Origin: Sphyrna mokarran
Lineage: Eukaryota
Assembly: GCA_024679065.1 (NCBI GenBank)
Contig: JAGIQG010000011.1
Span: 7,874,001 to 7,938,000, forward strand
Reading direction: 5' to 3'
Length of the DNA: 64,000 nucleotides
Shown: piece by piece, positions 1-12,500 of the stretch
Position numbering within the stretch: the stretch's first letter is position 1
How the letters are laid out: each line of letters starts with the position of its first letter
Translations under genes and position numbers: made by a program
Notes under the pieces: model-generated
Databases searched by the model: none
What the model was told of the DNA's origin: nothing
The model's input: the letters and a program-made list of their open reading frames with translations, nothing else

Positions 1-1640
1 GCATTGCTGCCACCCCACCTACCGATATTGCTGACCCATCCCCCATACAGACATCCTGGCACCCTCCCCCATATAGACATCGCAGTACCCCCTCCTCATA
101 AAGACATCGCTGTTCCACAATACAGACATTGCTGGCCCCCTCCACATACAGAAATTGCTGGCCCCTTCCCCATACAGACATTGCTCTGCCCTCTCCCTGT
201 ACAGACATCCCTCCACCCCACCCCACCACCCACACCCCCTAACAGACATCGCTGGCCTTTCCCATACAGACATCACTGGCCACCTCCTTCCTCACACAGA
301 CATTACTGGCCTGCCATGTAGACATCACTGCTCCCAACCCCAATACAGATATTGTTGCCCTCCTTCCCATACAGACTTCGCTAGGCCCCCTCCCATAAAG
401 GCATCCCTGGCCCTTCCCATACAGACATCACTGGCCCTCCTTCCCCATATAGTCATTGCTGGCCCCTCATACAGACATTGCTGGCCACCTTCTTCCCAGT
501 AAGAAGTCTGACAACACCAGGTTTAAGTCCAACCGATTTAATTGATAGTAAACTCACACAAGCTTTTGCGGCTGTCCTCTTCGTCAGGTGAATGAGGTGT
601 TCTGGTCTCAAACAACACATATGACAGCACAGACTGTCACAGACTAACGAAGAGGACAGCCTTGAAAGTTTGTGTGAGTTTACTATCAATAATCAACGAT
701 CAAATAAATCAGTTGGACTTAAACCTGGTGTTGTCAGACTTCTTACTGTGTTCACCCCAGTCCAACGCCGGCATCTCCACATCACTTTCTTCCCCATACA
801 GACATTACTGGCCCGCCGTACAGACATACAGACATCGCTGCTCCCCCTCCCCATTCAAATATTGTTGCCTCCTCCCTATACAGGCTTCGTTAGGCCTCCT
901 CCCCATAAAGAGATCGCTTGCTCTTCCCGTACAGACATCACTGGCCCTTCCTCCCCATACAGACATTGCTGGACCCCCATACAGACATCACTGGCCACCT
1001 CCCCATACAAACATTGCTGCCCCCCTCCCCATACAGACATTGCTGCTCCCTCCCCTAAAGACATCGCTGGCCTCCTTTCTCCATGCAGACATTGCTGCAC
1101 CCCCTCCTCATACAGACATTGCTGCCCCCTTCCTATAAAGACTTTGTTGGGCCCCCTCCCCAGACATTGCTGCCACTCCCTCCCCATACAGACACTGTTG
1201 CCCCCTTTCCCCATACAGACATTGCTGCCGCCCCCAAATTGACATTCCTGCCCTCTCTCCCATACAGACATTGATGCCCCCTTCCCATACTGACATTGCT
1301 GCCCACCTCCCCATATAAACATCGCTAACCCGCCCACTCCCTACACAGACATCATTGCCCTTCCCATACAGACATCGCTGTCCTCCTCCCCCATACAGAC
1401 ATTGCCGTCCTCCTCCCCCATACAGACATCGCTGCCTCCCTCCCCATAGATATTGCTGCCCCCTCCCCATACAGACTCCACTGACCCCCTTCCTGTATAG
1501 ACATTGCTGCCCCCTCCCCATGCTGACATTGTTGCTTCTCTCCCCATGCAGACATCACTGGCCGCCCCTCCCCAGACAGACATTGCTGGCTTCCTCCCCC
1601 ATACAGACATCGCTGCCCACTTCTCATACAGATATCGCTC
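1..1640. repeat. C-rich minisatellite, ~22-27 bp unit (CCCCTCCCCATACAGACATYGCTG), interrupted by a PLE hairpin insertion
   Basis: Dozens of degenerate tandem CATACAGACAT units; source of the many Pro/His-rich spurious ORFs. Confidence 0.95.
497..784. mobile_element. Fold-back Penelope-like element 3'-end insertion
   Basis: Left arm cagtaagaagtctgacaacaccagg... is the reverse complement of right arm ...cctggtgttgtcagacttcttactg, followed by a 36-nt tail ending catctccacatca; TSD CYTTCTTCC (488-496, 785-793). Confidence 0.85.
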
Positions 1641-3097
1641 TGCTCCTCGCCACTGGGTCCTGGAGGCATAAAATTTCAGGAAAACTGTAACCTTCATGTC
1701 AACAGGTGGCAGTACTTTCCCTGAGGTGCAGGTGTCACACCGTGGTCTTGGAGAGCCGCGACGGCGCATCTCCTCAGACAACCTCGAAGCAATTGCGGGC
1801 CCTGTATCTCCTTGGCCTCGGCATCCTCCATTTTCTGTGCATCCTCTCGGGAAGCTATCCATCCACTTCATGGCCCTCAGCAGCAGCCCCTTGCCCTTCT
1901 TCCTGAGGGATTGGTAGTGGCTGCTTCTGTAGTGGTCTCTCCATGCGCACTATCTCCTGAGCTGTCTCCTCCTCCTCCTCCTCCGCCACCATAATGACCA
2001 GCTCCAAATCAATCAGTCCATGATCAATCTGCACAGTGGGGTTGGAAACAGCATAGAATGACAGATTATTATCATTGATTGCATAGACCCAGCACCACCC
2101 CCATGCCTCACTTGGGTCAGAATCCCCACTTGAGGATGCTGGCAACTCCACACAATCCATGGTGCCATATGTGACCCGATTAGGGTTGTGTGAGATTTGC
2201 ATCATGACAAATGCTGGTACAGATTATGTAGATTGGTGTGCAACTGTGGGCAATACTCATTCTTGAGCCATTGCTATGTGTGCAGCTGCAACATCCATTA
2301 CAGGACAGGGACAGATTGCAGAGCAGCACCAGATGTGTGCCTGGTGACTGCAGATTCCATGCACGCTATGCCTGAATCTCTGCATACCAGCCTGGAGCAG
2401 CAACTACTTCATTTTGGTTAGGTCTCAGTCAGCACACGGTGCACTCTTCCCCCACCCTGGGGAACACTCTGACCAACACTCAGTCGAATCCCTGACCACA
2501 CCATACGGCAAGACAATGCCACTGCACAATGGAGGGGAAACCTGAGCAAGCGTCCTTAAGGAGGCCTCCCATAATGAGCTACAGTGCTGCCCTGGAGGGC
2601 AAGACAGAGCAGGACTCCTTCACAGATTCTCAACTAGAGAACTCTGAGAAAATAGAAGTACACCCCCCCCCCCACCTCACCACCACCACCACCAACCCTC
2701 GATATCACTGGTCCATGGGCCAGCATCTGAAGACATCAGGCATCTCCAGGACCTGCTATAACATCCTGCGCACTCCGATAGTGGCACTTATCTCTTCACG
2801 CCAGTTCAAGGCTGCCATGCCAGCTTGAGACTTTTGTATACCTACTCTGATTCGTGAAAAAGTGACAAACAGGTGGGAGAAGCTAATGTAGGCAGAGATT
2901 GCCATGTCGATTCTGATAATGGCATGTTGAACTATGGTAAGTGATGCAAATCAGCAGCACGCCGATTTTCAGTGTGGTCCCAGCACTGCCATTTTTTTCT
3001 GGTTGGGAGATGCACATGGGGAATCCACAAAATGGCCGACACATGCATCTCCCAGCCTGACTCGCTAAAAAAATGTGAAGATGGGAGAATCAATCCC
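1640..3097 (-). mobile_element. Degraded Harbinger/PIF DNA transposon remnant
   Basis: Minus-strand LPPVDMKVTVFLKFYASR resembles the Harbinger transposase LPVAVKVT.ALNFYASG motif; putative TIR gggagaatcaatccc near 3083-3097; boundaries approximate. Confidence 0.5.
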
Positions 3098-3482
3098 ATA
3101 ATGTCTATACTAGATCATAGATTTTTATCAAAATGGCATATAGCATGCTATGTGCCAGAACTATGTGTATGCCATGGACACCAATTTGGATACTTAATGG
3201 CACTTGTAATGCCCAAAACATGTGAGCTACCCATTTCATACCCACAATCACCTTGTCAATTAGTACTTTGCAGAGAATATGAGCCTGGATTATCAAATTG
3301 TCCCCATAAACATTTCATTTTTTTTGATAAATCTTATTTAAGGCACTCATTATAAATAATGGTAGCCTTAAAGTTTTAGCAGTTGTTCTGCGGTGGGTAA
3401 CGCTTGCAGTGAAACCTTGCAGATGCAACACTCCTGTCAAAGTTAATCATCCCCAATTATTTCTCAAACGCTCTCCTTTTAG

Positions 3483-3584
3483 GCATCGATCTGCTGCCAA
3501 CAGGGAGGACCAGGAATGAGCTGTCCCCTGGGAAAGGCTGAGCAAGATGGAAGCTCAACACAAACTATGGATAGAGATCAAGAT
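3483..3584 (+). CDS. AOX1: AOX exon ~7 (hinge 1) [34 protein letters not shown]
   Basis: ctctccttttag acceptor, GAT|gtaagt donor, phase 0-0, 102 nt; Cys-Cys motif like the AOX1 hinge exon (..GCCQ..). Confidence 0.8.
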
Positions 3585-6500
3585 GTAAGTTAGAAGCTGT
3601 TGGGTGAATTGCAGGAAGGTACAAAGAACAAAGAACAGTATAGCACAGGAAACAGGCCCTTCAGCCCTCCAAACCTGTGCCGCGCATTGGTCCAACTAAC
3701 CCATTCGTTTGTATCCTACAGAGTTCAGTGAACTCTGTAGATGTCATAACAGTAGTGTTCAGAACATGTGAAAGGGCCATTTGAGCTTTATGTGTTCCAA
3801 TCTTCTGAGCTCCTGAGCCTCTACTTAAGGTCAGACTAGATGAAGAGTCTTAGCCAAACTCAATTATCCCTGCTCCTACAGAGAGAGGGAGGAACTTGGT
3901 ATTGGGAATAAGTTTATCCCAGCTTTCACAGTGAGAGGGAAGGCCTATTATTATCTGTAAGTCCAAACCACTGGTTATCAGATATCCATATTTAAGCTTT
4001 GTTGATAGATTGAGTGTTTCTTTGAATTAGGCTTCAATTCTATGAAGATTAGCTCCTGCAGTATTGTCTGAATAGTCTTTGGCACTCAGTCATGGCACAA
4101 AACAAGGTACTAAAACATTGATCTGCAAATATAATTAGTTAATGTGTAAGTCCCATTGTCTTAGAATCATAGAAACAGGGGGAGACCATTCAGCTAACAT
4201 GCCTTTGCCAGTTCTTGAAACAAGTGATCCAATTAGCCCACTTTCTTGCTCTTTCCCCACAGCTCTGTTTCATTTTCTCAAGAATTAATCTAATTTCTTT
4301 TGAAAATTACTACTAAATCTGCTTCATTGCCCCTTCAGTCAGTGAATTCCATTTCACAAGAGCTGGCTATGTTAAAAATATTCTCATCTCCCATCCGACT
4401 CCATTTTAAATCATCTTAAAAGATTTGGTCTCTGGTTACCAACTATTCTGCCACTTATAATTATTTTTTGTTAGCTCCTGTATCAAACTCCTTCATAAGT
4501 ATGAACATCTCTATCACAACTCCCCCTAACCTTTTAAGGAGAAAAACCCCAGTTTCTCTAACCTCTCTGCGTAAGTTAACTCCTGTCCTCGTACTATTCT
4601 GGGAAGATATGAGTGATTGAAGAGGGGGACAAAGATGAAAGCTAGGTGAAGAAGGCAAGTTATTCTGTTCTGATCTCTCTTATATACCCATTTCAGATGT
4701 GCAGCCAGTTATTCAAGGCAGATGATTTCCTCCAACTGGATGATACTCAGGAGTTGATATTCCCACCAGAGTTAATGGTAAACGGGACATCTAGTTTATT
4801 TAGTAATTGTTCTTGGGTTTACAGATAATTTGGATGTCAAACTGATACTAAGAGGCGCAACGACGCATGTTACTGGATAAGTGTGAAGAGAATTTTACTC
4901 TATCTAACCCATACAGTGCATGCAATGGGAGTGTTCAGATGTGATAGATTAAAGGGAGTTTCATTCTTTATTTACTCCTAGCTGTGCATGTCCTGGGACT
5001 GTTAGATTTGTCAGTTTGAAGGGAGCTTTACTCTGGATCTAACCAGTGCTGTATCTGCCCTGGAAGTGTTTGATGGAAGAGTATTGAGTATAGGAGTTGG
5101 GACATCTTCTGGTCACACTATTATAGTTCTGGTCACACTATTATAGAAAGGATATTATTAAACTAGAAAGAGTATAGAAAAAATTTACTAGGATGCTACC
5201 AGGACTTGATGATATGAGTTATAAGGACAGGTCGGATAAACTGGGATTTTTTTCTCTGGAGCTTGAGGAGTAATCTTACAGAAGTCTATAAAATAATGAG
5301 AGCATAGGTCAACTAGATAGTCAATATCTTTTCCCATAGGTAGTGAGTCTAAAGCTAAGGCATAAATTTAAGGTGAGAGGAAGACCATACAAAGGGTGCA
5401 TAGGGGCAATTTTTTCACACAGAGCGCGATGAGTGGAACAAGCTGCCAGTGGTCGTAGTAGAGGTGGGTACAATTTTGTCTGTTAAAAAGCATTTAGACA
5501 GTTATGTGAGTAAGATGGGTATCGAGGGAAATGGGCCAAACACGGGCAATTGGGACTAGCTTAGGGGTTTTTTGAAAAAAGGGGTGACATGGATAAGTTG
5601 GACCCAAGGGCTTGTTTCCATGCTGTAAACCTGTATGACTCTATCGAGGAAGATCTACTTTGCATCTAAAATAGAAACAGAAATAGCTGGATTATTTCAA
5701 CAAGTCTGTATTGAATATATGTTAACAGCCTTGGAAGTGTTAGATGGAAAGGTGTAGAGGATGTTTTGCTCTATAGCTGATCTGTGCTAGATTCGCTCTG
5801 GAGTGCTGGGTGATCTTCAATGGCAAATTGTGTATTTTTGGAGTTGATTCTTAATTTTTCTTTTTTTAAAGAGTCTGGTTTATTATGACAAGTATATTAA
5901 TAACATATCTGCTCTTGATGCAGCTAATGGAGGAGAAACTGGCGAAGAGAACTCTTGTATTCCAAGGGGAAAGAGTGATGTGGATTGTTCCTGCAAACTT
6001 GGAGGAACTCCTTGAAATGAAAAGCCAGTATCCCAAAGCTCCCCTTTTGGTGGGGAACACCAACATTGGTGAGAATCAATTCAAAGGAGAGTTAGATTTC
6101 AATGCTGTGAAATTACCCCTAATTGAGGCCTTAAAAATGTAAATTTTTAACATTTAAAATGTTAATTGGTTGTTGCTCACTTTTAAGTAGTGAGCTGATC
6201 AGTTTTCCAGCTTTCATCTAGTTATGATCCCAAGCCAAAGGAATGCTGCAGGGAGTTATCCCACTGTGGCACTTCACCTCAAAGCCCTTATCCCAGGACT
6301 AGAAATACTCAGCTCCATAATGCCATGATCTGTCTTATATCCAGTCCTACCTGGAATAATCTAACTCAAAGTTTTAATTCCACCAGTGGCAATTTCCCAC
6401 TACTCATGATTCCCAAGCTTTATAGTTGTCTGTTTCAATCCGTCTATTTCTCTGTTTGTCCTAGTTTTCTGAACTATAGACCAGGATTTTCCATTCCCAG

Positions 6501-9500
6501 TGTCATGGTGGTGGGAGCAGAAAATATCATAAGATGAAAACAGTTCCTATTATCTACTTAAGACTTCAATGACAAAGTGCATCTCCTAAAGCACAATTTT
6601 GGAAAGGCTATCTGAATACATTTAAATGTTATATACACGCATTACAAAGTTTGCTCACATTGGATTTAGAGGTAACTTTGGCATCTAATTAGGCTGATGT
6701 GTTTCACAACAGTATATAAGCAACATGCACTTGGTGGCTAGCACTTTATTCGTGATTTTGACATTTGTTCACCTACCTTTCATCATGCAGCACTTCTAGC
6801 ACTTCAACTCAGCGCCAGGCTTCAGAGGCAGCATCATATCTTCGCAGGGGGGTACTGTAGGCAAGGCTCTACCTGCCGATAAGCAGTGTTGCAGAAGGGA
6901 CTGCAGGGCAAGACCTCCACTCGGGAAGGAGGCAATAGTGGTCAGATACTCATCTCAAAACATGACATGGGGGATTTAGTAAGGTGTCCTCTCAGCCAGA
7001 ATCTGGAAGAGTCAGTAATAGATGGACATGAATGATCTAGAGCTAGAATGAGAGGATCGCTCTGTGAATAAACGCTTCTGTTTCCATTGCTAACCTTGCA
7101 AAGACTGTCCCTGTTCCGGTCACAGATCAATAATGTCTAGAACCTTGAGCACAGGGAGTTGTCATAACACCATATTCCTCTGTCTGGGGGTTTCTGGTTT
7201 TATACTGTGCTGTAGATGGCACACCCAAAGTCAGGGGAGGCATCTGCTATCTATAAATGAGGTAGTGTACGGGTATTGGAGAGTTTTGGGGAGGGATGTG
7301 TTCTACGTCTCACTGGTCAAGATGCCTCAGGACGAGGAAGAGTAAGGTCCACATGGGACATAGGCATATCCATATCCAAAAATTCAATAAGCAACACTAG
7401 GCTTTCCAACAAGCACACAGAGTTAAAGGATTGAGATGATTCAGAAATGTTGGATGTCAGGAAATTGAGCTCCTCCAGGCCAATGGGAGGGATTTGCAAG
7501 TTACATAGGTAGGCTTCATTCGGTCTGGGAGTGAGAGCTCAGCACCACCATCTTCCAACCCGAAGCGATAGCAACGCAGCGCAAATTAAAAAAGAGATGA
7601 GAATCTAATAGTGATGGCTCTGAGGATCTCTTGGAGGACTGGTGTTCTGCTCTGCAAAACTGAATGAAGGGATACTCAACAGAACTTTGTTTTGCCACAT
7701 GATGGGAGGTACAAACCTGAGACATGTTAGCATCCTTTGAGTGACAATGAAGGGAGAGTTAAGCATTCAGGAATATTCATATGAGACCAATCCCCACTTT
7801 TGGCACTAATCAAGCCTCTCTTTCCAACCACTGAAATTTTCCAGAACAACAGCAAAGTGCAGGGCTATTGGGCAACTGGACAAACTGGAGCTGCATCTTA
7901 AAGGCAGCAGCTCAGCTGACTAGATGAGAAATCTCAGCCCACCATCAAATAATTTATTAAACATTTGCTTTTATATCTTTTTTTAAAAATCTAGTCTGGG
8001 AGAGCAGTGAATGAGAAGATTTCAGTGATAGGCCTGAAAGCTGCACATTCAAGCACCTGCCAAAATGCTGTTGTGACAATGGTTGACATAGAGGGAACTG
8101 GGGGAGCACACCGAAAAATACATGCACTAGCCAGAATTTCAGTGGCAATTAAGTGCCAACACTGGGCAAAAGACCGTATAGCCACAGTCACTGATTAGTC
8201 ATTAACATAAATAGGGCCCCTAGTGGCTCATGCTCACCAAATTTTTTTCTCACTTATGCTGCAAATAGGAAACTGTGGTAAGTTCCTGTCATAATGCAGG
8301 ATCTATGTCCCGGCAATCACCATTCTACCAGTGTTGACTTCAGTGCTCTGGGCATGCCAGCTCTATTAACACAGAGACTTAACGTGGACAAATTCCTCCA
8401 TTGTGTATTGATCTCTGAGGAACGCGACTAACATCTTTTCCTGATATTCCTGTGATTGCCACGGCAGCTCCAACTACAGAGATTCTACTGAGTCCAAAGT
8501 TTCATAATCTGACTTGGACACTGCAGGATCCTTGCCTCCAGCAATCAATCCTCTGACTGTTGGCGATATTGAATGTCCCTATCTACACAACTGTGGACCA
8601 GATTGTATGATATGCTCGAGGCTGATCTAGAACTAGGTCCTACCGAGGTGTGTGATTCTGCACTAGTGGAGGGTGCAGATGTTCAATGGTGCTGTTGTCA
8701 GGTTCCTTATCTGTGGTGTCCTTGGGACTGAAGTTCAGGACCTGGCTAGTTGAGGGCCTTGGGCACTTGGTAGAGATGCCTATGAAAGAGAGTTGATTAG
8801 TGCCTGGCAGGTGATGTCAAAATAGTCAATGCACACACAGTATGGTGGTCTGAGGGATAAGCTGGTACAAGCTCCACATTTGGATGTTTATTGCTGACCT
8901 CACTGATGCCACAGGTTGGCTAAAGTCTCTCTGGCCAATGTTATGGCTCGGTTCTCAAAGGGCGTATGGACCTTGATTTTGACCGTTCCATCCCGGATCT
9001 TGGATCTCTCACTCTGATTGTGTATGAGCTTGCCTGCATAATGACAAATGGAGAGAATCTGAGCAGAACACATGCCTGGGCAGATGATAAGGATGTTTGC
9101 CAAATGTGGATGCAGAGTGAAGCATGGACAGGATGAGGACATGAGCTCCAGACGATTAGAGGCCAGACGAAGATGTGAAGATGCAAGTGAGAGAATAAAT
9201 GGTGAGGTTCTTTAAGCTGGCAGCTTATGAAATGCCATTGAGTGCCTGATGTACTGGTGATTGTGCGAAATGAGAGTGATGAAGTGACTGATTAACTCTG
9301 GTGGTATGAATGAGATCATTCATCTAACACTAAGAAAAATATAAAATAATTGCTTTCATGGATGACCATCTACCTTCAAAGCCATTTTTCCACATTCTTG
9401 CCATATCCCTGGATTTCATTAGAACCAGAAATCTATTGACTTCTGTCTTGAACAAGCTCAATAATTGAACTTCCACAATTTTTGGGATAGAGAATTCCAA

Positions 9501-12500
9501 AAATTCACCACCCTCTGTGTGAAGAAATCCCTCTTTCTGTTTCTTGTCCCACTATCACTTCCTTGAACCTGCCCTACCAACTCTTTTGTCATGTAATTTC
9601 TTTTGCCTTCCAGTTCTATTATAAATGTTCCCTTGTAATCTTTATTCAATCTTCCCTTCTATCACTTGCTTAAAACTTATATCCCACTTCTGATGAAAGG
9701 TCACCATCCTGAAATGTTAACTCTGCTTTTCTCTCTACAGATGCTGCCAAACTTACTGAGTATTTCCAGCGTTTTCTGATTTAATGTGCAGGTGCATTGA
9801 AAAGGGAAGAAATAAAATATGCAGCAAATGGTTAGGTTCTGGAATTTACTAACTGTTTGATAGAGGCTGATTCAATCATGGCTTTTAAAACAGGATTGGA
9901 TCACTATCTAAAGAGGAAAAATGGCAGAGCTATGGGGAGAAGGTGGGGAGTGACATTAGGTGGATTATTTTTGCAGAGAACCGCCACAAACAGGGCAAGC
10001 TGAATGAACTCCTTTGGTACTGTAACCATACTAAAATCTATGACTTGAATCAAGACAACAAACACCACAGTTTTATTAACGGTCACATCTAAGAGTTTTT
10101 TGCTGTTCATTAGGTCCTAATATAAAGTTTAAAGGTGCCTTTCACCCAGTGATGATCCATCCTACCTATGTTTCTGAGCTCAACTCTGTACAGATCACGG
10201 ATGAGGGTGAGTTATTTCCTTTCTTAATTAATTCTTGTCCTTCCCTGGTCTGACCTTTTCCACACCTGCAGGGAATCTTTCTAAGCTATGGCACACCAGT
10301 ACCAGGAGCTGTTCTTCAACTGCAAGCCTCGATAGTGAGGACTGAAGGTTGTTCTATCAAATGAGGCATCACCATTCCATTTGATCCATGCACATGCATT
10401 TACCCAGCAGTGAAGCTGATTAGAAATTCAACCAACTATTGATGCAAATTATAACACCTACTGATGCCAACCCTATTACAGCCACCAAATACTGCCTCTC
10501 CAGCTAGTACCACACAATCTACTGCCACCTAACTGCCAACACCAAAGCTGAGAAAAGCAACTAATTACAGATTCAGTCCTGGTACCAGATCAGGTAGTGT
10601 CTTATGCCAAATGGAACATCTGATTAGCATCATAAGCTGTTTGCATCTGATGTAATATTCTGAATATTTAGCTAAAGAGCACAGATGCCATAATGTGCAT
10701 TACTAATCTGCTGGAATTTATTGAAGTGCTAACTATGTGGCTCAATTGCTGCTTAGAACTTTACCACTGAATTTCAAGTGATACAATTCCACATGTGAAT
10801 CTTTCAAAGATGATTAATCCTTATGGGAATAAATGGTTGCATTCTCACCTCTTGAGTCAAACTGCAATAGGTTTGAGCCCCACATTGAGTGAAGATGGCA
10901 GACTCACATCTGAACACTGGGTTAACATCCAGTGGGAGTGCTTGCTTGGTTGAGACAGAGAAGGCCAAGGGACACAGATTTAAAATAATTGGTAGAAGAT
11001 TAGCGAGGAAGTGAGGAAACATTTTTTCACCCAGTGGATGATGGGACCTGAAATTTACTCTTGATACATTTAAAAAAGTACTTGCATTGTGTAATTGAAG
11101 AGCTATGACCTGCAGGATTGTGGACCGAATGAAGGCAGGTAGGATTAGCCTGTATAGTTCTTCATTGACTGACATGGACATAATGGATCGAATAGCCTCC
11201 CTCAGTGTTGTAAATTTTCCATGATTCCATTTCTATTGCTGTAATTGATTACCTCCCCCATTATAAAGGGTAAGTTGAGCTATAGCTTTGGCTATAGCCC
11301 ACCTAAGAGATGGTTTGAACCAAAAAAAACAGTGGAGATCCACCATAGCTACCCTTCCACAATAAAATACTCAAGAATCTCTTGATTGTGATTTAAGTTC
11401 CTAAGCTTATCAGTGCCCCTAATTCTTTACCTGGCAGGACTAAGACTTGGTGCTGCTTGCAGTCTATCCCGTATGAAGGATGTCTTGGTAAAAGCTATCG
11501 CAGAAATTGCTACAGAGAAAACTGAAATCTTCCAAGCACTTGTGAAACAGCTCTGTGTTTTGGGAGGAGAACAGATCCGTAACATGGCGGTGCGTAGTCA
11601 TAAAATGTATGTTGGAAATTAGTTCAAAAAGTGACAACAGATGTAATCAATATCATAGTTTGGTACTTTGAATAAATAAAATCTTAACCAAAGGTCTTGG
11701 ATGATATAATTGGCTAGGTACTATTATTATACTTTGGGGAAAATATTGGGACAAGGGATGAAGATTTTTTATTTAAAAGGCAGGGATCATGTGCAGAAGT
11801 GGAAACATCGAGATGGCGGCGCGGGCTCGTTGGGCTGAAGGGCCTGTTTCCCATGCTGTTTTGTTCTTTGTTCTTTGTAATTAATTTAGTATTAACTGAC
11901 ACTCTCGCTTCACATGAGACTTTACATGAAATTTGTCTTGTTTTTAATGTCAAACACTTTCCTGCCCACAAAGGGCTTTACATTTTGTGAAGGTTAGGAT
12001 TTGAATCCTGTTTGGCAGGATTTTCCAGTTCAACCAATAGTGGGCATCATCTCAGACAGGAAGGGAAAATTTGGACTTTGGGCTGCTCTCCAGATTTTCC
12101 TGCCTGCCTGAAATGACTTAGTTTAGGTACAAGATAGGAACATCAACAGCATGATAAAACTAAGAAATATATTGCACTGTAACTTCCTCTGTTGATATTT
12201 CAGTCACTTGGAGGCAATATTGTGAGTGGATCCCCCACATCTGATCTGAATCCCATTCTGGCAGCTACCAACTGTATCCTCGAAGTGGTATCAAGAGGTA
12301 GGTGTTCAGAATTTTGTTTTGTCATTCTTACAGCAATTAAATTTTAGAAATAAAAGTTGGCTATTTGGCCCCTTGAGCTTGTTATGTCACCATTCAATTA
12401 GATGATGGTGATTTGTACCTCAACTCCATTGACCTGTCTTGTTTCTATAATCTTTAACACCCTTGCCTAGTAAAATGAAGCAACCACCAAAAATATCTTC

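Noticed and set aside
557-680. Active hammerheads in the 497-784 fold-back element
   Set aside because: Core boxes are mutated in both arms (GAAA to AAAA on the minus arm, CTGACGA to CTAACGA on the plus arm).
4-1690. Many overlapping 100-190 aa Pro/His/Cys-rich ORFs
   Set aside because: They are translations of a stop-poor minisatellite in all frames, with no splice or domain evidence.
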